A DNA stretch of 64,000 bases, from positions 7,254,001 through 7,318,000 of the forward strand of contig JBHGNT010000007.1 in NCBI GenBank assembly GCA_043228905.1, written 5' to 3'. Below, one piece after another: positions 23,916-35,186 of this stretch. The stretch is from Azolla caroliniana (Eukaryota; Plantae; Polypodiophyta). The notes under the pieces are model-generated. The model was not told where the DNA came from and did not search any database. It saw nothing but the letters and a program-made list of their open reading frames with translations. How positions within the stretch are numbered: position 1 is the first letter of the stretch; each line of letters starts with the position of its first letter. The translations under genes were made by a program, and so were the position numbers.

Positions 23916-26900
23916 GGGGGCAGTTCGAGGAGTATTGTCGCTCGAAGGGAATCCGACTCGAATTTACCGTGCCGAAGACGTCGGAACTAAACGGGCTGGC
24001 CGAGAGGATAAACCGAACCATAATGGAGAGGGTTCGGAGTATGCTGGCACATGCAAAACTACCCAAGAATTTTTGGGATGAGGCACTGTCGACGGCGACA
24101 TATGTGATAAACAGATCACCCTCAGTACCCTTGGACAGAGACACGCCAGAGATAGTCTGGACCGGTAAGGAAGTGTCCTACCGGCATCTGAAGGTATTCG
24201 GGTGTCTTCCGTACGTGCATGTTGCTAAGGACCGGAGAGGAAAGTTGGATCCAAAGACCCGGCCATGCATATTCCTCGGATACGGCGACGATGAGTTCGG
24301 CTACCGAGTGTGGGACCTGGTCGACAAGACGACAAGAAGGTATTCCGGAGTCGAGATATTATCTTCATGGAGGACAAGACGCTCGTCGACTGGGAGTCGG
24401 AGAAGAAGATAATGAACTCTGAGTCGACCGGTAAGGATCGATTCTACGATGAGCAGACCCAACCAGCAAGAGACCGGTTAGCACTCGACGAACCAGCCGG
24501 TTACGGTGAGGATACCGAACCGGCAAAAGAGGAAGTAGAGGAAGCTGAAACCGGAACCAGCCAAGACCTCGAATCGGATTCGGATGAAGAGCAAATGGAG
24601 GAGCCGGTTACCGAAGCCCAAAGACGGAGATATCCTCTCAGAGAGAGAAGGGCCCCTCGGAGATTTCCGGATGTAGAGCATGTGCTGCTAACCAATGAGG
24701 GGGAGCCAGAAAGCTTCGTAGAGGCGAAGGATGACACCCACAGCCGCAAATGGTTAAGTGCCATGCAGGATGAGATGGATTCCCTGCTTGAGAACCATAC
24801 GTACGAATTGGTGGAGTTGCCGAAAGGAAAGTGGGCACTCCGAAATAAGTGGGTGTACAAGTTGAAATTGGGAGATGCCAGCAACCCCCCGAGATACAAA
24901 GCCAGGATCGTGGTGAAGGGGTTCCAACAGAAGAAGGGCGTGGACTTCGACGAGATATTTGCCCCGGTAGTAAAGATGACCTCCATCCGGACGGTGTTGA
25001 GTATAGCGGCAAGCATGGACCTCGAGGTAGAGCAGCTAGACGTGAAGACGGCATTCCTTCACAGAGACCTCGAAGAGGAGATCTACATGCAGCAACCGGA
25101 AGGATCCGTGGAGAAAGGGAAGGAGCACCTGGTATGCCGGTTGAAGAAGAGCTTGTACGGACTGAAGCAGGCTCCCCGACAATGGTACCGGAAGTTCGAC
25201 TCCTTCATGACCGATCAAGGGTACCACAAGACGCAGGCCGATCATTGCGTGTTTGTGAAGAAGTTCGAAGGAGGCGACTTCCTGATACTCCTCCTGTACG
25301 TGGACGACATGTTGATCGTCGGACAGGACCAAGCCAAAATACGGATGCTGAAGAAGGCTCTCAACCGAAACTTCGCGATGAAAGACTTGGGTCCGGCAAG
25401 ACAGATGCTAGGGATGCATATCATCAAGAACCGGACAACGAAGCAATTGTGGCTGTCACAGGAGAAATACGTGACAAAGGTGCTTCAGCGGTTCAACATG
25501 TCAGATGCGAAACCGGTCGGATCGACACTTCCGGCAAATTGCAGGTTATCCGGTAAGCAAAGCCCGAAGACGAAAGCAGAGAAGGTTGATATGATGAAAG
25601 TTCCATATACCTCTGCCATCGGGAGCTTAATGTACGCAATGGTGTGTACCCGACCGTATATAGGATACGCAGTCGGAGTGGTGAGCCGGTTTATGAGCAA
25701 TCCCGATAAGGAGCACTGGAACACGGTCAAATGGATACTCCGGTACTTGAAGGGCACTTCAAATATGTGTCTCCGATTCGGCTCTGGTAAACCTCAACTT
25801 GACGATTTTACCGATTCGGATATGTCGGCTGATGTGGATACCAACCGGTCTACATCCGAGTATGTAATGACATATGCAGGGGGAGTTGTTTCGTGGCAGT
25901 CGAGGCTGCAGAAAACGGTTGCGCTGTCAACCACGGAAGCGGAGTACATGGCGGTTGTGGAAGCCGGCAAGGAAATACTATGGATGAAGGACTTCATTGG
26001 AGAGCTCGGTATCCGGCAAGATGAATACCGGCTCTATTGCGACAGTCAAAGTGCCATCCACCGTGCTAAGAATGAGGCCTACCATTCCCGAACGAAGCAT
26101 ATCCAGCGAAGGTATCACTGGATCCGGGAAAGAGTAGATGACCAGGAGTTCGCGCTAACGAAGATCCACACGACCGAGAACGGGTCAGATATGTTCACCA
26201 AAGTACTAACACCTGACAAGTGGGATGCATGTCGGAAGCGGGTCGAACTAGTAAGACATCCCATGCCGGAGTGAAGGGGGAGTTTGTTAGGAAACAGGTC
26301 CCTCCGGATGGGAAGTGAGAAGAACAGTGCTGATGAGAAGAAATCGGATGTCGAGTACCCGGCAACAGAAGACCTGGTGAGAACCGAATGTGGGGTACCC
26401 GGCAAGCGCCGGATGAAGAGTACCCGACAACGAAAGACCCGATGAGAACCGAATGTGGTGTACCTGGCAAGCGCCGGATGAAGAGTACCCGTCTACGGAA
26501 GACCCGGTGAGAACCGGATGAGGAGTACCCAGCAAGAGCCAGATGGTGAAGGCCTAGTGAGAAGTGCTCACCGGATGAAGGGACATATTCATAAATATGT
26601 TTTTCCTGAGAGTCCATCGGGGCTATATTTGTAAATAGCCGAAAAGTCATATTAGTATAAATATGACTTAGGGCAAACTCTTTGTGTGTAGTAGTTGTCA
26701 TTCTTGTTGGTGCAAGACTAGAGAGCGCGTAACAGTGTACATAGAGAGAGAGAGAGAGAGAGAGAAAGAGGTCGTTGCCTCTGTTGTAACCGGCGAAGAT
26801 CGTGAGCACGAGGTCGTTGCCTCCGTGGGCTCACTGTTGTAATCATTGTGATATAGTGATAGTTTGGAGTCTGTGGACTCCTGTGGTTTTTCCCTCTCAG

Positions 26901-27035
26901 GGTTTTCCACGTTAAACATCTTGTGTACTCTTCTCTCCTTTTGTATCATGCATCCATTCCCCGTATTTTCTTGTGTTTTGATTCTAAGCTCGGTTGTGGC
27001 TGAGTGTTGTTCATAGGGAGTGTGTGTTCCTGACA
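23916..27035 (+). mobile_element. 5'-truncated Copia C' (C family, opposite orientation): INT-RT-RH, PPT and 3' LTR 26285-27035
   Basis: ORFs 23888-24412 and 24310-26274 are near-identical to C pol; PPT GTGAAGGGGGAG; LTR TGTTAGG...CCTGACA abuts C gag at 27036; 8-bp duplication near 24322-24337 causes a frameshift. Confidence 0.92.
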
Positions 27036-27444
27036 GGTACTTCCAATGATGTTATCGGTGAATCAGCCCCTGGAAGGCATTCATGTGCTCCGCCATGTTG
27101 GAGCCATCTTGGTACCAGAGTCTTACTAGCTTCCGAAATACCGAAACCTGATTAACAACATTTTTGTTTTGAAACATAATGCCGATCTTCTCCCAGAGCT
27201 CATGAGCCTTGCTCTCTTCATTGAAGTTGTTGTATAGGCTCATGTCGATGAAACACCGTATGTAGGTCGTTGTCTTCATGTGCATCACTTCCCATATCAT
27301 GGCGTCGATTTTGTCCGGTCTCTTGTCCCCGAACTGAACCGGCAACCAAAGATCTTTAACCACGAGCATGTCCCTCATCTTCGACTTCCACACGGAATAG
27401 TTGGAGCCGGTGAGCTTGAACATACCTCCCAACAATTCATCCAT
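27036..27444 (-). pseudogene. Copia C gag N-terminus, cut by C'
   Basis: MDE...MFKLTGSNYSVWKSKMRDML...MAEHMNAFQGLI, starting just after the PBS. Confidence 0.88.
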
Positions 27445-27474
27445 TTTCTGTGTCGTTTCACTCTGATACCACTT

Positions 27475-27748
27475 TGACAAGAACTACACGCTCTCGATGA
27501 ACAACGCTCGGCAACAATCGAGTCTAAAATCAAACACAGAAAACGGATAATGAACGCACGACACAGTGAAGAGAAGAGTACACAGAATGTTAACGTGGAA
27601 AACCCAAACTAGGGAAAAACCACGGCAGCCCACAGACTGCAAACTATCACTATATCAGAATGTACAATAGTAGAGCACCAAGGCAACGACCTCGAGCTTG
27701 CTATCTTCGCCATAGGCGGTGGTTACAACAGAGGCAACGACCTCTTCT

Positions 27749-27795
<47 letters not shown>

Positions 27796-28140
27796 CACTG
27801 TTACGCGCTCTAATATTGCGCCAACAAGAATGAAAACAGACATTACTAAAGTTTGCCCTAAGTCATATTTATATTAATATGACTTTTCGGCTATTTACAA
27901 ATATAGCCCCGATGGACTCTCATAAACATATTTCCGAATATGTCCCTTCATTCAGTGAGCACTCCTCACTGGGCCTGCATCATCCGGCGTTTGCCGGGCA
28001 CACGTCATCCGGTTCTCACCAGGTCTTCCGTAGCCGGGTACTCGTCATCCGGTTCCAGCCTCGGCCTATCAGCCTCAGTCGAGTTTGCCCATCAGTACTG
28101 TTCTTTTCACTTCCTGTCCGGAGGGACCTGTTTGCTAACA
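27475..28140 (-). repeat. Copia C 5' LTR
   Basis: Adjacent PBS; repeat of 15192-15832. Confidence 0.93.
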
Positions 28141-28299
28141 ACTTTTGACCTTTGAGTGCACTCTCTCAAGGGTGTGTTCACACACTAGACTAGGTTGAGC
28201 TTGATTCTCAACACGCCCCCTCAAGCTCAAATTTGGTCGGCTACTTCGGTTGATCTCCGCTTCGGCTTGTATCCGGTTCGAACGGTATCCGGTACATCC

Positions 28300-30510
28300 G
28301 GCTCGTACTCCCCCTCAAGCTTGGCAAGTCAAGGACCGTCAACCCAAGGTCTGACAGGAATTGCCGAAGCTTGTCGGCTCCTAGGGCTTTGGTGAAGATG
28401 TCGGTTGTCTGAAGATTCGTAGACATATGTTGAAGGTCGACATCACCAGCCTAAACACGCTCTCAAATGAAGTGATAGTGCACTTCGATATGCTTCGTGC
28501 ATGTGTAGAACACAGGGTTCCGAGCCAGATAAATATTGCTCATGTTGTCGCAGTAAAGGAGAATCAGATCTTTGATGGGAATGCCCAGATCCTTTAATAT
28601 CCTCTTAAGCCATACGGCTTCACATGCAGCCACCGTCGCGCCCCCGTATTCGGCTTCTGTGCTCGAAAGAGCAACGGTTGGTTGCATCTTGCTACTCCAG
28701 GAGATGGCTCCACTTCCGAGGGAGAAGACAAAACTAGAGGTTGATCGTCGGTCGGCTTTGTAGCCTGACCCGTCGGCATCTGTGTACCCCTCGAGTTGAA
28801 TTGGCGTGGCTGACTTATAGAGAATGCCATAGTCCATCATTCCGCTCATGTATTGTAGCCCTCTTTTAGCACAATCCACATGGATATCTCGTGGCATTTG
28901 CATGAACTGGCTAAGAAGGCCGACCGAATAGCTCAGGTCTGGTCGAGTGATCGTGAGGTAGATAAGACTACCGATCAGTTGTCGATACTGAGTCGGCTCA
29001 CACTCTGTGGTGCCAAAATTGGCATCTAGTTTGAGGTTTCGGTCGAGAGGTGTTGTCACAGACTTGCCCTCTGTCATCCCGAACTTGTATAACAAGTTGA
29101 GAATGTAGTGCCGTTGGGAGATCATAATCCCGGTTGGAGTCTGAATTACCTCGATGCCAAGGAAGTAGTGGAGCTCTTTCATGTCCGTCATCTCGAATTT
29201 GTTGGAAAGGAGGGATTTGACCTTGTTGATGTCGACTAGATGCTCACCTCCAATGACCAGATCATCCACGTACAGGATGATGACAATCGGACTTTCGGAA
29301 TCGCTTCTTACATAAAGAGAATTGTCGGATTTTGACATTCGGAAGTCGATTCAATGAAGATATTGTGTTATCTTTGAGTGCCAAGCACGTGGTGCTTGCT
29401 TAAGGCCGTAGAGAGGCTTCTTGAGTCGGCAGATGGCTTCCGTATGAATGTTGGATTCAAAGTCGGGTGGTTGTACCATGTACACCTCCTCTTCTAATTC
29501 TCCTTGAAGAAAACCATTATCGACATCCATCTGGTGGAGGTGCCACCCTTTCACTACTGCAAGCGCTATCACGGTTCGCACGGTTGTCATCTTTGCCACC
29601 AGGGCAAAGGTCTCTTCATAGTCGACGCCCTGTGTTTGTGCGTAGCCCTTTGCTACGAGTTGAGCTTTGTAGCGGTTGACGGAACCGTCGACGTTGTACT
29701 TCACTTTGTAAATCCATCTGCAGCTAATTGCCTTCTTGTGTGGTGAGTGAGGGACGAGATCCCATGTCTCATTCTTGCTGAGAGCTTGCATCTCCTCGTT
29801 CATCGCTTCGACCCATCGAGGATCTTTAGCGGCTTCGACAAAGCTCTCTGGTTCTCAAACTGCTGCCACCTTCATCATAAAGGCATAGTGGTATGCCATA
29901 TAGTCGTTGTAGCCGAATTGGCTAACCGGATTCTTCTCTCGGGTGGAGTGACGGAGTTTCTCATTTGCCGATGTGAGTGCTTTCTCAACTCCGGGTGACC
30001 TCATAAGAGGCACATCAAAGCCATTGAACTCACTATCGAGTGAATGAGTCAATTCGTTGCCATCGAAGTGATTGTTCTCATATTCCTGCATTTTGGCCTT
30101 CCCTTTGTCCATCTTTGGACTTGGCCGAGATGAGCTTTGGTTGCTCGGAGGCTCTTGTGGTCCACTCAATCTAGTTGAGATCGGACTCTGTTCAAGTATT
30201 GACCTTAGTTGATCATCGTCTTCTGTGTTGTCGAGGTCGTTTGTAGATGGTTCGGGAGGAGTCGGCTCGGGTTTGTACCATGATGTCGATTCGTCAAAAA
30301 CGACATCCCGACTTACACGAGTCTTCCGAGTAGAGGGGTTGAAGCACTTGTACCCCTTTTGTTCTTGTGAGTACCCCACAAGGATGCACTTCTCTGATTT
30401 TGGGTCAAGCTTCTGCCGCTTCTCATCGGGAATGTGCACGCATGCAATGGAGCCGAATATCCTTACATGGGATAGATCCGGCTTCTTCCCATAGTACTTC
30501 TCGTCGAGGG
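28300..30510 (-). pseudogene. Copia B integrase tail, RT and RNase H
   Basis: KLDPKSEKCILVGY, YKAQLVAKGY, YVDDLV, SWSSK, TKHIEVHYHF, DIFTKAL; several stops. Confidence 0.92.
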
Positions 30511-30920
30511 TGTCAGGAACAGTACTAAGACAGAGAAGGACTTAGTACTAAAAGAAGTATTAGTACTAAGAGAGGTGAAGAACTCTCGAGAGAAGGAAAG
30601 AGTGAGTGAGAGGGAGGGAGAGAGAGAGAGAGTGATGATAAGAAAAGATATATATTATGTGAAGAAAATGTACAGTAACTAGGAGGCTTAAGACTGGCGT
30701 GGAACCGATTTGGTTCGAAATAATGCCTTCTGCCTCCTTTTATAGTGTTCTAAGGAATACTCCTAAAGTTTCTAGAATGTTCCAGAGAAATTTGGAATAT
30801 ACATCAATTTTCTATAATAAAACATAAATGAAAATAATATTCTATGTATTACAATGTATAATCTAATGGTCAAGAGCTCGACCCATGTAGCATAAGGTCA
30901 TGGGTTCGAGTCTTGCCATA

Positions 30921-33665
30921 TCATGACATTATCCCCCTTTTAAAACGACGAGTGTAACGAGTCGTTTTGGATTGAGGACCCGGTTTGTCTGGATATTGAC
31001 GATGGAAGTCTTCAAGAAGAGCACGAGCATTGGTGACATTCTCTATCGGTTCCCAAGTACGCTCGTTGGGACTATATCCTAGCCAATCGACTAGATAGTA
31101 GAGCTTGTTGCGAACAAACTTGGAATCAAGGATGGCGGCAACCTCGTACTCAGGTCCATCTTCAAGCTCGATCGGGGGTGGAGGCTGTGTAATACGGCCT
31201 GGGATGGTGCTCTCTTGATAGGGTTCGAGGAGAGAACTATGAAACACCGGATGTATCCGAAGTTGTGGAGGTAGATCAAGACGAAAAGCGACATCATTAA
31301 TCTTTCCTATAATACGGAAAGGACCTAATCGCCGATAATCCAACTTCTCGCATGGGCGAGTAGTCTTGATGTGTCGTCGGAGTAGCCATACCCTATCTCC
31401 AATGTTAAAACTAGATGGGAGTCGATGACGATCCGCATAAACCTTGTGTGTTTGTTGAGCTTGTTGGAGATGAGTAGACAAATCCGCTTGTATCTTGCGT
31501 AACTTCTCCAAACGATCCTCTGCGCAAGGATTTGTGGACACCTCTAGGGTTTCAAGTACACACCACCAGGGGTGACATCCCGTATAAGCATAAAATGGCG
31601 TAACTTTCGTGGATAGAGTTGTTATAGGCAAATTCGACGAAGTGGAGAATATCTGCCCAGTCATCCTGATGATAGCTGAGAAAGCACCGCAGATACTGCT
31701 CCAGCGTTTGATTGGTTCGTTCGGCTTGGCCGTCGGTTTGTGGGTGGTAGCCGGAGGAGAGGTTACAACTGACCTTGAGCATGTTAAAAAGGTGCTTCCA
31801 GAATTTTGACACGAACTAGGGTCCACGGTCGTTGATGATACTATCGGGAAGTCCATGATGCCGACATACTTCACGCATGACAATTTCGGCAGTGTCTTCA
31901 TTGGAGATCTCCTTAGTACATGGCAAGAAATGAGCCATCTTCGTATATCGATCGACCACCGTTAGAATCGCATTGAACCCCTTAGAGACTGGAAGATCTG
32001 TGATGAAGTCTAGAGCAATGGACTGCCACGGCTTGCTTGGAATTGGTAATGGTTCTAATAAACCATATGGATGATGCCTTGGCATTTTCGCTCTGCAGCA
32101 TGTATCACAAGTCCGAACAAAATCCTCGACAAATTGTCGCATATAGGGCCACCAGAATGATCGTTGTACTAAATGTAGTGTTTTAGTACTACCAAAATGC
32201 CCAGTATATGTGTCATGACAGTTTTGTACTACTTGAAGGCGGCAAGAACCATTAGGAACATACAAAAGTTCTTTAAAGAAGAGTAATCCATCATGGTATT
32301 TGAATTGCCGATAGTCCGTACCTGGTGGTTGCGACTGTGAACACGACGCTCGAGAGGGATCAATTTGTGCTAGTATAGCTTGGGCGAACACATCTGTCTT
32401 CAAGTCTTCGCGTATGGTATCGATAACACGGGAATCCATGGGCATGTCAAAGATCTATGTTGCTTGTAGTCGTGCCGGTCCCAAGATGACTTGTTTTTGG
32501 TTATCGAAAGCTGGCTCGCCGGGACGGGGTGCTAGATACGAATGTCGTGATAATGCATCTGCCTTCCCTTGGTGCTTCCCCGGACGATATGTAATTTTGA
32601 AGTCGAAACGCGTGAGGAAGTGGGCCCACCGAGCTTGATGTCGATTCAACACACGAGCATCCTGAAAGTAGGCAAGGTTCTTGTGGTCACTAAATACGGT
32701 GACCAGATGAGAGGATCCCTCCAAAAAATGCCTCCATTGCATAAAAGAATCCACTATTGCCAATAGCTCCTTATCATGAATTTCGTAGTTGATTTCGGCA
32801 GCGTCAAACTTGCGTGAGTGAAAAGCCACAGGATGTAGCTTCTCATCATTCCCCTGTTGTGATAGAATGCTCCCCAATGCAAAATCTGATGCGTCAGCTT
32901 CGATAATGAATGGTTTTTCCGGATCGACATGAGCTAGAATTGGAGCCGAGGTAAATGCCTTTTTAAGACTCTCGAAAGCCACATCCGTTTCTTCAGACCA
33001 GATGAACGGTTGTCCCTTCCTGGTAAGTTGTGTGAGAGGTAGAACGATCTTTGAGTAATCTTGTATGAACTTCCGGTAAAAATTGGCAAAGCCTAGGAAG
33101 CATTGCACATCCCGCACCGAACGCGGAGTCTGCCATTCTACCACCGTTTTTACCTTAGCTGGGTCCATGGAGATGCCTTCTGACGAAATGATGTAGCCGA
33201 GAAATTCCACTTGGTTGCATCCGAAACTACATTTTTCCAGCTTTGCATACAGACCATGTTCTCGAAGTCGTTTTAGTACTAATAGTACATGAGAATCATG
33301 TTCTTCTTGGGTCTTTGAATAAACCAGTAGATCATCCAAATAGATGATCAAACAATCATCCAAAAGATCTCGGAATATATCATTAGCCATGTGCTGGAAG
33401 ACTGCCGGTGCATTAGTGAGGCCGAACGGCATGACCGTATACTCGAAGTGCCCATATCTGGTGCGAAACGCGGTCTTCCATTCGTCTCCTGGTCGGATCC
33501 GTACGAGGTTATATGCTCCCCGTAAGTCAATCTTCGTGAAGAACCTGGCACCATTGATCCGTTCTAAAAGACTTGAGATAAGGGGAAGAGCATACCTATT
33601 CCTGATTGTAACCTTATTCAGGCCACGATAATCTACAACGAGACGAAGCGATCCATCCTTTTTCT
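30921..33665 (-). pseudogene. Chromovirus pol: RT, RNase H, integrase, chromodomain
   Basis: KKDGSLRLVVDYRGLN, MPFGLTNAP, YLDD, DASDFALG, HHCC, YHPQTDGQAER, GPF motif, EYEVAAILD...YYLVDWLGY...TWEP; frameshifts and stops. Confidence 0.93.
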
Positions 33666-33676
33666 ATTTGGTTTAC

Positions 33677-34681
33677 CTATCTTCTTGGCCTATGGGGGCA
33701 ATTTATTGCAATATGTCCTGGTCCACCGCAGTAAAGACATAGTCGATTTGTACGGCGTCGCTGCTTTTCTTCTTCGGATAATGTCCCTCGACGACGTGTA
33801 GTGTCAATCTCCATCGAAGTCGGAGTATTCGCTGGAGGCACATTATATGACTCCCTCGGAAAAGGTCTTGCTACCACTGAGGCATAGGTGGGCTCTAATC
33901 TTGCCCTCGGCATCTGTAGCTGTCGTTCCGAACGTCGCTCAAAGAGGCGGTTGTCACATCTCACTGCGCGACTAATTGCTTCTGTTAAGGACTTTGGCTC
34001 TTCGGGGAAGGTCAAGAGTAAATCCTTGACATCGTTGCGTAAACCATAACGGAATTGCTCCATCAACGCTTGATCATCCCAAGGGATATCGGCGGCGAGT
34101 AGGCGAAAATCTGCAGCGTATGCGGAGGCTAGACGGTCACCTTGGCGTAATCGCCGAATTTTGTTGATTGTGGTCCTGATGCTGTTAGTATCTCCGAAAC
34201 ATGCTTTAAACTCACCTAGAAACTCTTCAAAATTGTTGAGTAACGGAGATTCCTTTTCTAATAGTGGAGCGAACCATGCCAACGTTGAGCCACTTAACAA
34301 AGTGCCTACTAAACCCACTCGTGATGCATCGGTGGGATACCGGGAAGGATGCATTTGAATAACTAATCGTACTTGGTTAAGGAACCCTCTAAACTGCAAT
34401 CGCGTTCCATCGAACTTCGTGGGAAGGCCAATCTTGGGTTCTTTATGAATCCCTTGTGTTCCGGGCCCTTGTTGTTGCATCGCTACGATGGTTGCTTCGA
34501 GTTGTTGCACGTGTAACGCAAGTTCCCCATGCTGTTGTTGCGTTTGCTGCTTTTCTAAGGAGATTTGCTGAAGATCCCCCAGCAACCGTTGGTTTTCTTG
34601 TTCCAAAGCATGGAACTTCTCTTTCAAGCATTGAAATTCCGAGAAAACAGATTGATATTCTTCAGCGCTAACAATGGCCAT
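33677..34681 (-). CDS. Chromovirus gag (open 334-aa ORF)
   Basis: Coiled-coil N-terminus, EPKIGLPTKFDG, FRYGLRNDVKD, CLYCGGPGHIAINC zinc knuckle. Confidence 0.88.
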   Translation of the reverse strand: MAIVSAEEYQSVFSEFQCLKEKFHALEQENQRLLGDLQQISLEKQQTQQQHGELALHVQQLEATIVAMQQQGPGTQGIHKEPKIGLPTKFDGTRLQFRGFLNQVRLVIQMHPSRYPTDASRVGLVGTLLSGSTLAWFAPLLEKESPLLNNFEEFLGEFKACFGDTNSIRTTINKIRRLRQGDRLASAYAADFRLLAADIPWDDQALMEQFRYGLRNDVKDLLLTFPEEPKSLTEAISRAVRCDNRLFERRSERQLQMPRARLEPTYASVVARPFPRESYNVPPANTPTSMEIDTTRRRGTLSEEEKQRRRTNRLCLYCGGPGHIAINCPHRPRR

Positions 34682-35186
34682 GGGATGAAAGAAAAGAGGA
34701 ATAAGAGATTAGTAGGAAATGAGAGAGACAGAAGGTAGGGCAAAATCGGTTCAAACTGTCAGGAATAGTACTAAGACAAAGAAGGACTTAGTACTAAAAG
34801 AAGTATTAGTACTAAGAGAGGTGAAGAACTCTCAAGAGAAGGAAAGAGTGAGTGAGAGGGAGGGAGAGAGAGAGAGAGAGAGAGAGTGAGTGATGATAAG
34901 AAAAGATATATATTATGTGAAGAAAATGTACAGTAACTAGGAGGCTTAAGACTGGCGTTGAACCGATTTGGTTCGAAATAATGCCTTGTGCCTCCTTTTA
35001 TAGTGTTCTAAAGAATACTCCTGAAGTTTCTAGAATGTTCCAGAGAAATTTGGAATATACATCAATTTTCTATAATAAAACATAAATGAAAATAATATTC
35101 TACGTATTACAATGTATAATCTAATGGTCAAGAGCTCGACCCATGTAGCATAAGGTCATGGGTTCGAGTCTTGCCATATCATGACA

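Larger units (their letters stand above)
15192..28140 (-). mobile_element. Ty1/Copia element C (Tnt1/Tork-like) inserted in the B LTR
   Basis: TSD ACTTT at 15187-15191 and 28141-28145; LTRs 15192-15832 and 27475-28140; PBS 27461-27471; PPT 15833-15846. Confidence 0.95.
30511..35186 (-). mobile_element. Ty3/Gypsy chromovirus E (Tcn1-like), protease-deleted, inserted in the B integrase
   Basis: LTRs 30511-30928 and 34757-35186 (TGTCA..TGACA); TSD GAGGG/TAGGG; PPT (minus AAAAGGGGGATAA) next to 30928; order gag-RT-RH-INT-chromodomain. Confidence 0.95.

Noticed and set aside
24849-25556. 235-aa alternative-frame ORF and many antisense ORFs over Copia pol
   Set aside because: Shadow ORFs of GC-rich coding sequence with no recognisable domains.
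33677-33679. Programmed gag-pol readthrough at TAG
   Set aside because: The downstream region is deleted and TAG may be a CAG-to-TAG decay mutation; cannot be supported.
33677-34681. Domesticated PEG10/RTL-like gag gene
   Set aside because: Lies between two LTRs with TSD and PPT; ordinary retrotransposon gag.
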